A DNA stretch of 64,000 bases from a virus (taxonomy: Duplodnaviria; Heunggongvirae; Uroviricota; Caudoviricetes). Of this stretch, positions 1 to 8,886 are shown one piece after another. The stretch's first letter is position 1. Each line of letters opens with the position of its first letter. Below the pieces are notes generated by a model that saw only the letters and a program-made list of their open reading frames with translations, was not told the origin of the DNA and ran no database searches. The stretch lies in the IMG/VR virus record IMGVR_UViG_3300021256_000061. One strand, written 5' to 3'. The position numbers and the translations under genes are program-made.

Positions 1-54
1 GTCTCGCCAAGTTCCTTTGATGCCTTTACGAAATAATCTCTAACAAATTTTTTC
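1..54 (-). CDS. partial CDS running off the window start (N-terminus MKKFVRDYFVKASKELGE...)
   Basis: ATG at complement of 52-54, open frame to window edge; not in ORF track because truncated. Confidence 0.3.
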
Positions 55-254
55 ATAATGTATTATGCTTATTTACTTAAAGTTATACTTGGGGTGATTG
101 CCGATTAGAAGTACCTCCAATAAGAGGTGTCTCCCTTCGTGATGATGAAGATAATTCCATCGGAATTATTCATTCGCATCTCATCTCCGTTGTCCATAGT
201 GGCAATCTTCCACAATTCCACTTCTTTGCTTACATAATCGTTGATTGTTATAGA

Positions 255-521
255 TTACTCTTCCACCTCAACCTCATCTACCCTTCCGTCATAATGGGAA
301 GTTCCCCAACTGCCTTCGGGATACATTGAGAAGCGAGTCTTGCCCTTGCGATAAGGGTCTTCCTCCCAATGGTTGCCGTTGTATTTCAGCATCTGCTTGG
401 CTTCCTTATACTCTTTGTGCAGAGCATTCAATGCCTTCTTCTTGTCAGTGAATACCTTTGGTGTGTGAGGGAAACCCTCATAGTCATACACATCGCTGAT
501 GGACAATACATATACTTTCAT
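255..521 (-). CDS. hypothetical protein (88 aa)
   Basis: ORF track; ATG verified at 519-521 complement; part of minus-strand small-gene array. Confidence 0.5.
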   Translation of the reverse strand: MKVYVLSISDVYDYEGFPHTPKVFTDKKKALNALHKEYKEAKQMLKYNGNHWEEDPYRKGKTRFSMYPEGSWGTSHYDGRVDEVEVEE

Positions 522-680
522 AGTGCTTGTTGTTTATTGTTTCAGTTATTTATACTGCATTTGAAGGCTGGCGTGAGGTCTTTCGATTTCTCTCCTACCG
601 AAGTCACTTATCGGGTCTTCACCAGCCCTCTAACGCAGTTTTTTTATTCTATCAATGTATTTGCAAAAACCGTACCAAAC

Positions 681-1094
681 TTAATCTGTCACATCATAAT
701 AATATGACATTGCCTCGTTATTTCCCTCGAAGTTCTTATAAAGAACCTGCTGGGCTTCTTTCCAAAGCGTGTCGTAGAGCTTGGAAAACTCCATTGCCTT
801 GGCATCATCAATGCCGAGATAACGGCTATCCACTTTTTGATAGTAGGCCCAAAGTTTATGGTTCAGAACCATTATGAGTTCGGTAAGGGCTTTGTAATTG
901 TTACCGTACGACCTGATGCAGTCGTTGTAGGTCTTGCGGATTGCGTCCTTGTCTCTCATGTAAACCTCACAGAATTCCGCAATGGCGAAGTCGTGGTAAA
1001 AGGTGTACTTTGGAGTATAAGGATTCATGTCGGAAAGGTTGGCTTTCCAATTGAGTTCTACTACTGCAGCAAACTGAAATACATTCATTCTCAT
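681..1094 (-). CDS. hypothetical protein (137 aa)
   Basis: ORF; sigma-54-like motif variant (caacaaccatgccaaa) 35 nt upstream at 1129-1144. Confidence 0.5.
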   Translation of the reverse strand: MRMNVFQFAAVVELNWKANLSDMNPYTPKYTFYHDFAIAEFCEVYMRDKDAIRKTYNDCIRSYGNNYKALTELIMVLNHKLWAYYQKVDSRYLGIDDAKAMEFSKLYDTLWKEAQQVLYKNFEGNNEAMSYYYDVTD

Positions 1095-1145
1095 AATAGT
1101 GTGTTTTTGGCTTATGCTTAAGGTATATCAACAACCATGCCAAAG

Positions 1146-1886
1146 TTAAAAAAAGTCAAAGCCTCCAAATTGTATAGATAATCCTATGGAGAAAGAGTGC
1201 TTCGTGTTATATGCTTCTAAACAAACAATAACACCACTAAAATTTATACCTGCGTGTAATCCTATGCCACAATCTTTATAGTCGGTAAATTGTTCGTTAA
1301 AACGCTCTCTCAATGCGTAGTGCTGATATTCCCAACCAATTGAATTTTCACTGGTATCAAATAGACAGTGGTAAGTTGTTTCGCTGAAAATGGATGGCGC
1401 AAAGACAAAAAATGTATGCTTGCTTAATTTAACTTCAAGATTAAACGGTCGCCACCCATATCTACTAAAATGAGTGTTTGTTTCCATCCTGTAACCAAGA
1501 ACGTCATATTTTGGTGGTAAAAGATGCCAATTAGAACCAAACTGTGCATAAATACCTAAACAAGAAAGCCCAGCATAACTAACAGAGGGTGAAACACCAA
1601 ACTCATTGTTTGATGAAATATTATTAAGCAAAACAACACCATTATTAGCGCCACATATTTCCACTACGGCATCATATGGTGGAACAAACGGCGACCACGG
1701 ACAAAAGATTTTTACCTTACGCCCAGTTATCTTTTCACGCTTAACCTTGTTGGAAGTAGTCGCTTGACTACTCTGTGATACCGCAGCATTATACGGAATA
1801 CGCAAGTCTGTGTATGTTGTACCTCTGTATTGCGCACTGCCCAATATTGGTAGAAAAATTAGTAAAATAGTTAAAAATTTTTTCAT
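1146..1886 (-). CDS. secreted protein, outer-membrane beta-barrel-like (246 aa)
   Basis: N-terminal signal peptide MKKFLTILLIFLPILGSAQ; C-terminus ends ...GGFDFF (terminal aromatic typical of OM beta-barrels); same promoter variant upstream at 1914-1930. Confidence 0.5.
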   Translation of the reverse strand: MKKFLTILLIFLPILGSAQYRGTTYTDLRIPYNAAVSQSSQATTSNKVKREKITGRKVKIFCPWSPFVPPYDAVVEICGANNGVVLLNNISSNNEFGVSPSVSYAGLSCLGIYAQFGSNWHLLPPKYDVLGYRMETNTHFSRYGWRPFNLEVKLSKHTFFVFAPSIFSETTYHCLFDTSENSIGWEYQHYALRERFNEQFTDYKDCGIGLHAGINFSGVIVCLEAYNTKHSFSIGLSIQFGGFDFF

Positions 1887-2008
1887 AATAAATTGTGTTT
1901 TCTTAAACTATATCAACAACCATGCCAAACTGTAAAAAAGTGCAGGAGAATTTCACAATTGTCCTGCACCGTCAAAAAAACACAATTAATATGAATGAGT
2001 TATATGTC

Positions 2009-2677
2009 TTAAAATTTGCCACCTAGCGCACAATAATATTTGTATGTATCTTTTATTGTCTTAATTTGTGCAGGCGTTAGCGTAATAACTTTGTAATAAT
2101 GACTGCCGTTAAGTTTAACCTTAACTGTTGTAGCATTTGCAAGTTTTGATATAAAAACTTCATTAATTGTTATTCTGATGTTGCTAACAGATTCGTCGCA
2201 CCACTCCCATATTTTTCCGCCATATCCACAGTCGGTTTCCATGTTAAGGGGAATAATCTGTATGTTTTCTCCGTCTATATTGAAAATAAAGTTCTTTATG
2301 AATAGCCAATCATCTGCATAGTACTGGAAAACAAGCCTGAAATTTTCTGGTTTACCACTCTTAATTGCAAAGTAACAGTAAATCCCATTTCTGTTCGTGT
2401 ATAGTGGACGGTTTTTAGGCTTTACCCAAGTATAATCACTAAACTCATCGTTTTTAACATCAAAAAGATTGTGGTACCTGTTTATTACCTCCGCACGGGC
2501 TGTCGCACGGGCTGTGGAATCGGCTTTCTGCCTCTCCCTTAGTTCAGCGGCATATTTCTGTAAGTCCATCTCCGAATTGCCTGCAATGCCGTTTTTGGGC
2601 GTTTCTTTTGAACCACAAGAAACGAAAGTGATGGCGACTGTGAAAATACACAGTAAAAGCATAATGATTCTTTTCAT
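2009..2677 (-). CDS. lipoprotein (222 aa)
   Basis: Signal peptide with lipobox ...TFVSC|GS; promoter motif gcaaagaccgtgcca at 2715-2729. Confidence 0.55.
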   Translation of the reverse strand: MKRIIMLLLCIFTVAITFVSCGSKETPKNGIAGNSEMDLQKYAAELRERQKADSTARATARAEVINRYHNLFDVKNDEFSDYTWVKPKNRPLYTNRNGIYCYFAIKSGKPENFRLVFQYYADDWLFIKNFIFNIDGENIQIIPLNMETDCGYGGKIWEWCDESVSNIRITINEVFISKLANATTVKVKLNGSHYYKVITLTPAQIKTIKDTYKYYCALGGKF

Positions 2678-2714
2678 AATTGTTCTTTTTTTTAATTTGT
2701 TTACTTATTCTATT

Positions 2715-2729
2715 GCAAAGACCGTGCCA
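2715..2729 (-). promoter_or_regulatory. sigma-54-type -24/-12 motif (sense: TGGCACGGTCTTTGC), representative of >25 copies
   Basis: Plus-strand gcaaagaccgtgcca; reverse complement matches RpoN consensus TGGCACG-N4-TTGCW exactly; 36-50 nt upstream of ATG at 2677. Confidence 0.5.
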
Positions 2730-2845
2730 GAATAACTCGATTACTTAATATATACTCAAAAGAGTACCTAATATTATAACAAAACCCCCAGGAGCGTTGG
2801 AACACGAGCCCAGGGGCAAACACAACTATAATATGGAAACAAATG

Positions 2846-3250
2846 TTATTCATCTGTTAAGTAATCTTCTGATAGATATTTGATTTCATCCAAAATATCA
2901 TCGACCAGATATGATGTGTCATCGATTACGAAGTTCGTACTTTTGGTACCGTCTTCAAATTCGACTTCCAATTCTCCGTCATCGGTGAGCCTGATGTATT
3001 CGAATATTTTCATCTTGGCTACACCATTATCATCGACATCGCTGAAATCTGTTGCTGTATGGGGAATGCCGCAGTCGTGACCGACATATAAAACATCCAA
3101 TTCGCCGTCTGTCAGGGTTATAAACTGTGAGAGAAGTTCTTTGATTTTCTTCACGATATCTTTCTCGATGTCGGCATAGATTTTCTTTTGCGCTATCAAA
3201 GCATGGAAACATCCTACGAAATCGTATGCGTTTTTCTTTTCCTGTTTCAT
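2846..3250 (-). CDS. highly acidic small protein (134 aa), candidate DNA mimic/anti-restriction
   Basis: ORF; strongly Asp/Glu-rich composition; early-region context. Confidence 0.45.
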   Translation of the reverse strand: MKQEKKNAYDFVGCFHALIAQKKIYADIEKDIVKKIKELLSQFITLTDGELDVLYVGHDCGIPHTATDFSDVDDNGVAKMKIFEYIRLTDDGELEVEFEDGTKSTNFVIDDTSYLVDDILDEIKYLSEDYLTDE

Positions 3251-3257
3251 GACTCTG

Positions 3258-3641
3258 TTACTTTTTATTAAGGATTGCTTCTACCTGTGCGCGGACTCTT
3301 GCTTGCATTTCTTCGTAGGTCTCGCACTTTGCGTTTAGACCATAGGTTCGAAGTATTTCGGCAATTTGCTTGCTTTCTTCTACGGTAGCAGTCCCGATGT
3401 GATAATCAAGTACCGTCCTTTCGTTCACGAGGTCGCTCTCTTTCCAATCATAGATGGTGAAGAAGATGCCGTTGATTTCTAGGGCAAAGTCATAGTGTGT
3501 CTTGTCTCCCCTTTCACGTTTCGGGAGTTCGATACCCAAGGCTGTGCAAATTTGCAGCAGCGAGTTGTGAATGTAGCCGTAATGGAAAGAGGTCTTGTAG
3601 AGCCTTTCATCAGAGCCAGTAATTTTCTTAATAGTTGCCAT
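3258..3641 (-). CDS. hypothetical protein (127 aa)
   Basis: ORF; promoter motif at about 3668-3685. Confidence 0.5.
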   Translation of the reverse strand: MATIKKITGSDERLYKTSFHYGYIHNSLLQICTALGIELPKRERGDKTHYDFALEINGIFFTIYDWKESDLVNERTVLDYHIGTATVEESKQIAEILRTYGLNAKCETYEEMQARVRAQVEAILNKK

Positions 3642-3690
3642 ATCTATGTGTTTTAGTTGTTTCCTTTATAGTAGCAAAGTTCGTGCCAAA

Positions 3691-3885
3691 CTACACGTTT
3701 TCAACACTATCTATGACAAAACTTTCGACAAGAAAGCCAGTACCATCAGAAATGGTGTCCGCGATTTCATCTTCGCTGTCGCAGAAGATTGTCATTGATT
3801 TGGGCAGTGATACGCCCTCCTCGCTGGCAAGTCCCATTGAGTCGGTCATATCATACTTGATATTTGAAATTTTGTACTTTCTCAT
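3691..3885 (-). CDS. hypothetical protein (64 aa)
   Basis: ORF; conserved leader aaagtaatagagtt immediately upstream of ATG. Confidence 0.4.
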   Translation of the reverse strand: MRKYKISNIKYDMTDSMGLASEEGVSLPKSMTIFCDSEDEIADTISDGTGFLVESFVIDSVENV

Positions 3886-3892
3886 AACTCTA

Positions 3893-4348
3893 TTACTTTA
3901 TGCCCAAAACTTGTTTAAGGGCGGTTTTTACTTTTGCTGAATATTCGTTGTCATTCCGCCATCTTGCTCCCCAAAACTCGAAAAAGTATTCGATTTCGGT
4001 TTCGCTCTTGGCACGAAGATGCGTGAGCCTTGCACAAGCACCAGAGGACATAAACCCACTACGGTCATCTTCAAGGAGGAGCGAGCGTTTGAGTTTCACT
4101 TCTTTTGTCCCGAATTTCTGATAGAACATCTTGACGAGTTCGGCTTTGGTATAATCAATCTTGTGGATTGTCCCATAGACTTCTATGACGGTGCTGCTGC
4201 TGTCCTTGACCTCTCCGAACTTTTCTTCAAGGTATTTACGGACTTTGTTCCCAGCATCAATACCAGCGGTCACACTGTCCTCAACAGTTACCTGATAAGT
4301 ACCTTTGTACTCTAACGGCCAGTTGTAATTCACTATAAATGTTCTCAT
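3893..4348 (-). CDS. hypothetical protein (151 aa)
   Basis: ORF; promoter motif 4385-4400 upstream. Confidence 0.5.
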   Translation of the reverse strand: MRTFIVNYNWPLEYKGTYQVTVEDSVTAGIDAGNKVRKYLEEKFGEVKDSSSTVIEVYGTIHKIDYTKAELVKMFYQKFGTKEVKLKRSLLLEDDRSGFMSSGACARLTHLRAKSETEIEYFFEFWGARWRNDNEYSAKVKTALKQVLGIK

Positions 4349-4451
4349 AATGTGTTGTGTTTCGATTACATCTTTGTATAATCAAAGACCGTGCCAAACT
4401 TTCTCGGAGTGACACGGTCTTTGCCGTTTTTAGCATTTTTAACGCAAGGCG

Positions 4452-4580
4452 TTATGCGTTTTCAGTCTCACGGAGAAACTCGTCCTTGCAATAGTCTGTA
4501 AGTGAATAGTAGAGTTCCGTAAGGAGTTCCACTTTCTCCCCATTGGATAGTTTGTTGAATTCTTTCTTGATTGTGTCCAT
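4452..4580 (-). CDS. small protein (42 aa, MDTIKKEFNKLSNGEKVELLTELYYSLTDYCKDEFLRETENA)
   Basis: ATG at 4578-4580 complement; promoter motif at about 4613-4630, 25 nt upstream; preferred over overlapping 68-aa ORF 4439..4645 in another frame. Confidence 0.4.
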   Translation of the reverse strand: MDTIKKEFNKLSNGEKVELLTELYYSLTDYCKDEFLRETENA

Positions 4581-4654
4581 ATTGTTATTGTTTGATTACG
4601 ATATAGGATATAACAAAGACCGTGCCAAACCTTTCGGAACAACACGAAAATTTG

Positions 4655-4909
4655 TTAGATTTCGTGAGTACAACTTTTGAAATGTTCTAAATCGTAAGAA
4701 GAATCGGTGATATCTTCAGCCGTAGCATAGAACGCATCTTCATCATCTTGAAAAAGTCCTGCGTTTTCAGCCATCTGTACGGCATCGGCTTCTTCAGTGG
4801 CATCGCACTTGACGGCAAATGAATAGCCGTGTCTGCCTGCAACATTGATTGAAAAAATCCTCTTACTTTTCATCGGTAACTTCTTTTGATTTATACACTC
4901 CCCAGCCAT
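4655..4909 (-). CDS. hypothetical protein (84 aa)
   Basis: ORF track; ATG verified. Confidence 0.45.
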   Translation of the reverse strand: MAGECINQKKLPMKSKRIFSINVAGRHGYSFAVKCDATEEADAVQMAENAGLFQDDEDAFYATAEDITDSSYDLEHFKSCTHEI

Positions 4910-5039
4910 CGGCTACATACCAATCGTGGGCTTTCTGCTCTGCATCGTCTTGCGATTCGGCTTCAATGGTGACAACTCTTGTCCTATTCTCGTTGTAGGG
5001 TAATCCCAAAACGAAAAGGGTTACTTCGTAGGTTTTCAT
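4863..5039 (-). CDS. small protein (58 aa, MKTYEVTLFVLGLPYNENRTRVVTIEAESQDDAEQKAHDWYVADGWGVYKSKEVTDEK)
   Basis: Below ORF-track length cut-off; ATG preceded by conserved leader aaagtaatagagtt; overlaps start of downstream gene in another frame. Confidence 0.3.
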   Translation of the reverse strand: MKTYEVTLFVLGLPYNENRTRVVTIEAESQDDAEQKAHDWYVADGWGVYKSKEVTDEK

Positions 5040-5046
5040 AACTCTA

Positions 5047-5211
5047 TTACTTTTTATCAGTTATCCAATTATGGCTGATGGTAAGATTAAGGATAGTGAT
5101 TGAAAATCCCCTATCAATCGTTCCGTATTCAGTTTCGCTCTTGTGCCAATAGATAGTTAAGAGAGCGAATTTAAGTTCACACTTAAAAGGGTTTGTGAAA
5201 TATACATACAT
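5047..5211 (-). CDS. small protein (54 aa; trimmed from 95-aa ORF to internal Met MYVYFTNPF...)
   Basis: Upstream gene ends at 5246; internal ATG at 5209-5211 preceded by conserved leader aaagtagtagagtt. Confidence 0.35.
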   Translation of the reverse strand: MYVYFTNPFKCELKFALLTIYWHKSETEYGTIDRGFSITILNLTISHNWITDKK

Positions 5212-5245
5212 AACTCTACTACTTTTAATGATGAAATGGAGGGGG

Positions 5246-5674
5246 TTATTCCTCCTCCAAATCATCAAAGGTTTCGTCTGCTTTGAGAACTCTGCCATTG
5301 TTTTCTTCATCGGCATATTCCACGATGTCCTCAAGCATAGTGAGCAGGTAGTTCATTTGACTTGCCTCAAAGAGGTCGGTTTCATCCCACTCTGCGAACT
5401 CGTAGTCATCGGTGTCCTTCATTTCAAGGATAAGACTGCGAGAGCCATCGCTATTCTTTTTGATTGTGAGGGTGTCCACATAGAGTGCCCTACCGTAACC
5501 ATCGTCATCGCAGGCAAAGAACAAACACCTATCGGTGTAGTCATTCGCCCAATACTCATAGAGATTGACGGAAGTGATTTTTCGGGAGTCAAGCAGGTCG
5601 AAGATTGCTCGGAGGATTTCTTGGCGCACAAAATCAAGAGCGCGTGCAAATAGGGGAGTTTCTTTAACTACCAT
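5246..5674 (-). CDS. acidic protein (142 aa), candidate DNA mimic
   Basis: ORF; C-terminal D/E-rich; promoter motif at about 5713-5728. Confidence 0.5.
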   Translation of the reverse strand: MVVKETPLFARALDFVRQEILRAIFDLLDSRKITSVNLYEYWANDYTDRCLFFACDDDGYGRALYVDTLTIKKNSDGSRSLILEMKDTDDYEFAEWDETDLFEASQMNYLLTMLEDIVEYADEENNGRVLKADETFDDLEEE

Positions 5675-5728
5675 ATCAGTTGTTGTTTATTGGTTTACGA
5701 CTATACTACTTCAAAGACCGTGCCACGA

Positions 5729-6253
5729 TTAGAGGAACCGCAGTCGCAGAGCAACAATTTCACCCTTTGAGTTGTATCCTGCGTAGAGGTCATAAGCACC
5801 GTCACCAAGTCCACTACTTGCTACTGCTCCGACAATCTTCTTGTTGCTTTTGACCATACCGCAGTTGTGCTTTTTGTCATTGAGGGTAATATTGCAGACA
5901 TCTTGATACCACTGCTCGGATTCGGGGGTGTCAATGTTCGGGTGATACTTGTCATAGTTTTCCCTTTCAAAGATACCACACTGACCGCTATCTACACCGC
6001 ACCAACCGATAAGGCTTGTTGCTTTTTTCTTGGGGCAGGATTCGTGATTGATTGTGAGTTCTACAACTCTTTCACCCCACCACTCGTCAATTACGCCATA
6101 CTTGGCTTTGGCGGTGTAAGTCCCCTCTTTTAACTGAACCCCACGATTGTGACCGTTGATAGATTCGTAGCAGGGGTCGGAAACAATAACCTTGCCATTG
6201 GCAGGCTTGAAATTTCCAAGTACCGTTTGCGTTACCGTAATTCTCATATTCAT
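5729..6253 (-). CDS. hypothetical protein (174 aa, Cys-rich)
   Basis: ORF; promoter motif at about 6283-6298. Confidence 0.5.
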   Translation of the reverse strand: MNMRITVTQTVLGNFKPANGKVIVSDPCYESINGHNRGVQLKEGTYTAKAKYGVIDEWWGERVVELTINHESCPKKKATSLIGWCGVDSGQCGIFERENYDKYHPNIDTPESEQWYQDVCNITLNDKKHNCGMVKSNKKIVGAVASSGLGDGAYDLYAGYNSKGEIVALRLRFL

Positions 6254-6301
6254 TGTGTTTGTTGGTTTACACGATTACTTAATCAAAGACCGTACCAAAC
6301 C

Positions 6302-6736
6302 TTACAGATAATTTTCCAAACCTGCAAGAATTGAATAGATTGTTGCGGAACGCAGGACACAATCATCGTAGATGCTGGAGAAGTTTCCGAGGTTGGATAG
6401 TGCCTTGTTGATTTCTTCCAAATCCTTTCCCTCAAAATCATAGAGGTATTCAAACCAATACTTGTTCTCGTACTCGTAGTTATCCACATTGTCCTTTGTG
6501 AAAAGGAATACCTCACCATCGTGCTCGCGTAGCCCATAGATAGTAACATCTTCTATCTCTCCGCCATAGTCATTGAAAGCAACAAGCCGAGGTTTCTCAC
6601 TCGTGGGGAGTGTGGGTATGAATCCACCTGCATCGCGGATAATTCCTGCAAGGGTGTCTATTGAAGTATCACGAACTGACTTAAGAAAGTCAAACGCAGT
6701 GCGTACCTTACCGATAAGTGTGTTATTCGTTTCCAT
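6302..6736 (-). CDS. hypothetical protein (144 aa)
   Basis: ORF. Confidence 0.5.
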   Translation of the reverse strand: METNNTLIGKVRTAFDFLKSVRDTSIDTLAGIIRDAGGFIPTLPTSEKPRLVAFNDYGGEIEDVTIYGLREHDGEVFLFTKDNVDNYEYENKYWFEYLYDFEGKDLEEINKALSNLGNFSSIYDDCVLRSATIYSILAGLENYL

Positions 6737-6737
6737 A

Positions 6738-6950
6738 TTACTTTGAGGTTTTGTTGATAACTCGGTTAATTCTTGAACGGAACTCCTGCTCGCTTACTTC
6801 GTCAATGTTATCCATTGTGGAAATGCTATTGCAGATGAAAAACCTTACATCGCTGGGGTTGCTCTCGTCAATCCAATAACGAGTTTCGGAATTGGTGTTT
6901 TCGCAAATTTCGTTTGCTTGCCCTGCAAGGGTATGAATATCTTGTACCAT
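6738..6950 (-). CDS. hypothetical protein (70 aa)
   Basis: ORF; tightly packed with the upstream gene. Confidence 0.4.
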   Translation of the reverse strand: MVQDIHTLAGQANEICENTNSETRYWIDESNPSDVRFFICNSISTMDNIDEVSEQEFRSRINRVINKTSK

Positions 6951-6952
6951 AA

Positions 6953-7111
6953 CTATTCCTCCTCCACGGTCGCATTAAAGGTAGCACCTTTGAGTGTCAT
7001 ACCGTAATCCTCGCTATCGGAATATTCAATGGCAGTTGCTATTTCACGCAGGGCATCTGCAACAAACCCCTCTTTTGCATTGAGAGTGATTGTGAGTTTT
7101 ACTTCTTCCAT
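6953..7111 (-). CDS. small acidic protein (52 aa, MEEVKLTITLNAKEGFVADALREIATAIEYSDSEDYGMTLKGATFNATVEEE)
   Basis: Below ORF-track cut-off; ATG 7109-7111 complement; promoter motif 7148-7162 about 40 nt upstream. Confidence 0.35.
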   Translation of the reverse strand: MEEVKLTITLNAKEGFVADALREIATAIEYSDSEDYGMTLKGATFNATVEEE

Positions 7112-7147
7112 AATTATTGTTGTTTTAACTTGTTTACTTTTTTATAA

Positions 7148-7162
7148 ACAAAGACCGTGCCA
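7148..7162 (-). promoter_or_regulatory. sigma-54-type -24/-12 motif copy
   Basis: acaaagaccgtgcca; followed by the 18-bp hairpin motif tactcaaaagagtacctaa at 7167-7185. Confidence 0.45.
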
Positions 7163-7181
7163 CGATTACTCAAAAGAGTAC

Positions 7182-7475
7182 CTAATCGACATCTTCACAC
7201 CAATCGTCATCGTGCCATTCCACGAAAACTTTGTCATAGAGCAATTCGCTGAAAGTGGGGTTGAACATCCTATCATAAGCGGTGCGCTGGGGTTTCTTTT
7301 TTACAATTGCTCCCTCGCTTACGTTTCCGTTCACATAGCCTTTGGTAAAACCGCGCTCCAGCCTTTCGGGGTGAGCCTGATTGTAATCGTGGTAATACCC
7401 CTTCCTGTGCCTATCTTTCTTGTGGGTTTTATTGTATTCTTTGTAATACCCAGGGCGATGTCTATCCTTTGCCAT
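7182..7475 (-). CDS. basic His/Tyr-rich small protein (97 aa)
   Basis: ORF; ATG verified; GGGGGAGA...TCTCCCCC stem-loop upstream at 7497-7570. Confidence 0.45.
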   Translation of the reverse strand: MAKDRHRPGYYKEYNKTHKKDRHRKGYYHDYNQAHPERLERGFTKGYVNGNVSEGAIVKKKPQRTAYDRMFNPTFSELLYDKVFVEWHDDDWCEDVD

Positions 7476-7578
7476 ACCTCTATTACTTAAAAGAAAAAGG
7501 GGGAGAAAGCAAGCGAAAGAAAAAATTCACCGACAAAATAAAGGATGGCAGTCGGCATATCTCCCCCTTATGAATAGT

Positions 7579-8016
7579 TTAGTAGTCAAAGGTCGCAAAC
7601 CTTTGTTTCATAGGAAAAACATCGGTGTCCTCAACATCTCCCTTGCCACCGAGCAACCTATCAATGTTGTTTGCAAGGTCTGCCCAGTCGGAATAGTTGT
7701 TTGGGCCACCGTGATAGTCCTTTGCGTGTTCAGCAGTCCTTATGAGGATATGATGCAGGACTGGGGTTGAGCGATTGAAAAGGTTGTTAGAGTGTAAAAG
7801 GTACACATACTTTCCGTTGCGTTCAAACATAGCACTTTCGTCATAGTGCATAGGGTCAAACCGCACGAGGGTTGCTCCCATATCTTCTGCCATCTTCTTC
7901 AAGATGCGTTTGAAGGCTCGCTCAAAGCCCTTGTATTCGTTACTGCGGACACAGCCCCAATCTTCGAGGGGCTTACCGTGCCACTTGCGATAAAAGTCTA
8001 TTCTTGCTCTTTCCAT
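7579..8016 (-). CDS. hypothetical protein (145 aa)
   Basis: ORF; promoter motif at about 8053-8068. Confidence 0.5.
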   Translation of the reverse strand: MERARIDFYRKWHGKPLEDWGCVRSNEYKGFERAFKRILKKMAEDMGATLVRFDPMHYDESAMFERNGKYVYLLHSNNLFNRSTPVLHHILIRTAEHAKDYHGGPNNYSDWADLANNIDRLLGGKGDVEDTDVFPMKQRFATFDY

Positions 8017-8047
8017 ATCAGTTGTTGTTTTGTGTTTACACGATTAC

Positions 8048-8329
8048 TTATTGCAAAGACCGTGCCACACAAGTCTTTATCTCCTGCAAAAGTTCATCAA
8101 GACTTGCTACCTCTTTCCGATTAGTTATCCAAGAACTACGAGGGTCGCTACACATCATACGTTCATTAAGTATGATATATGCCTTTATGTTCTCAAGAGG
8201 GTTGATATAGGTCGCAATCCCCTTGCACTCTGCCATATTGGAACTCCACATACTCTCGGTGAACCCCATTTCTTTAAGGGCATTTATAACCTTTTGTGCT
8301 TCCGCGCTGTTTGATACCTTAATGTACAT
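8048..8329 (-). CDS. hypothetical protein (93 aa)
   Basis: ORF; promoter motif at about 8363-8378. Confidence 0.5.
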   Translation of the reverse strand: MYIKVSNSAEAQKVINALKEMGFTESMWSSNMAECKGIATYINPLENIKAYIILNERMMCSDPRSSWITNRKEVASLDELLQEIKTCVARSLQ

Positions 8330-8430
8330 ATTGCTTGCTTTAAGCGTTTATACCTTTACTCTTGCAAAGACCGTGCCGTTATGTAATAAAGTTATGGGTG
8401 ATAGATAAATTTCCACCACCCTTAACTTCG

Positions 8431-8886
8431 TTACTTTTCTTCTACCATTGCTTTCTTGTATTCCTTTGCCAATTCCAGCAAGGTGTTGATAACATCGGTG
8501 TCGCTTTCCCAATCTCCGTCCAGCACCTCGCACCGAGCATTGTCGCAAAGCCACTTTATAGAGTCTTTCTCTTTGGGGTTGTAGTTGGGGTTCTTGTAGT
8601 AAATGAAACTCTCAAACCAATTGTTGTCATCAATGTAGAGCCGTCCATCTTCAAGTGCTTTTTCGTATTCCTCTCCACCATTATGGAAAAGGTCTATGAG
8701 TTCTTGTGGCATCTGCGAAGATGCTTTGTAAACTACATCGTTGAAAACCACACGAACATACCCCTCAACCCTTATCTCCACCAGCAAGTCGCTGGTTTTA
8801 AGTGTAGCAACAACCTGCCCACTATCAAGTTCCATTGAATCATTGATACCAATAAGGAAATCTGCAATTGTGAAATTGTACTTCAT
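8431..8886 (-). CDS. hypothetical protein (151 aa)
   Basis: ORF; promoter motif at about 8923-8938. Confidence 0.5.
   Translation of the reverse strand: MKYNFTIADFLIGINDSMELDSGQVVATLKTSDLLVEIRVEGYVRVVFNDVVYKASSQMPQELIDLFHNGGEEYEKALEDGRLYIDDNNWFESFIYYKNPNYNPKEKDSIKWLCDNARCEVLDGDWESDTDVINTLLELAKEYKKAMVEEK

Noticed and set aside
369-1121. Plus-strand ORFs 369..707, 527..877, 837..1121
   Set aside because: Overlap minus-strand genes that fit the promoter-motif architecture. Hydrophobic low-complexity translations.
3520-3545. gagttcgataccc string resembling a tRNA T-arm
   Set aside because: Lies inside coding gene 3258..3641, with no flanking acceptor or D-arm structure. I found no convincing tRNA anywhere in the window by eye, but this needs tRNAscan-SE.
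4439-4645. 68-aa minus-strand ORF (MLFRKVWHGLCY...)
   Set aside because: The promoter copy at 4613-4630 lies inside it. A 42-aa ORF in another frame (4452..4580) starts at the expected distance from the promoter and has a cleaner composition.
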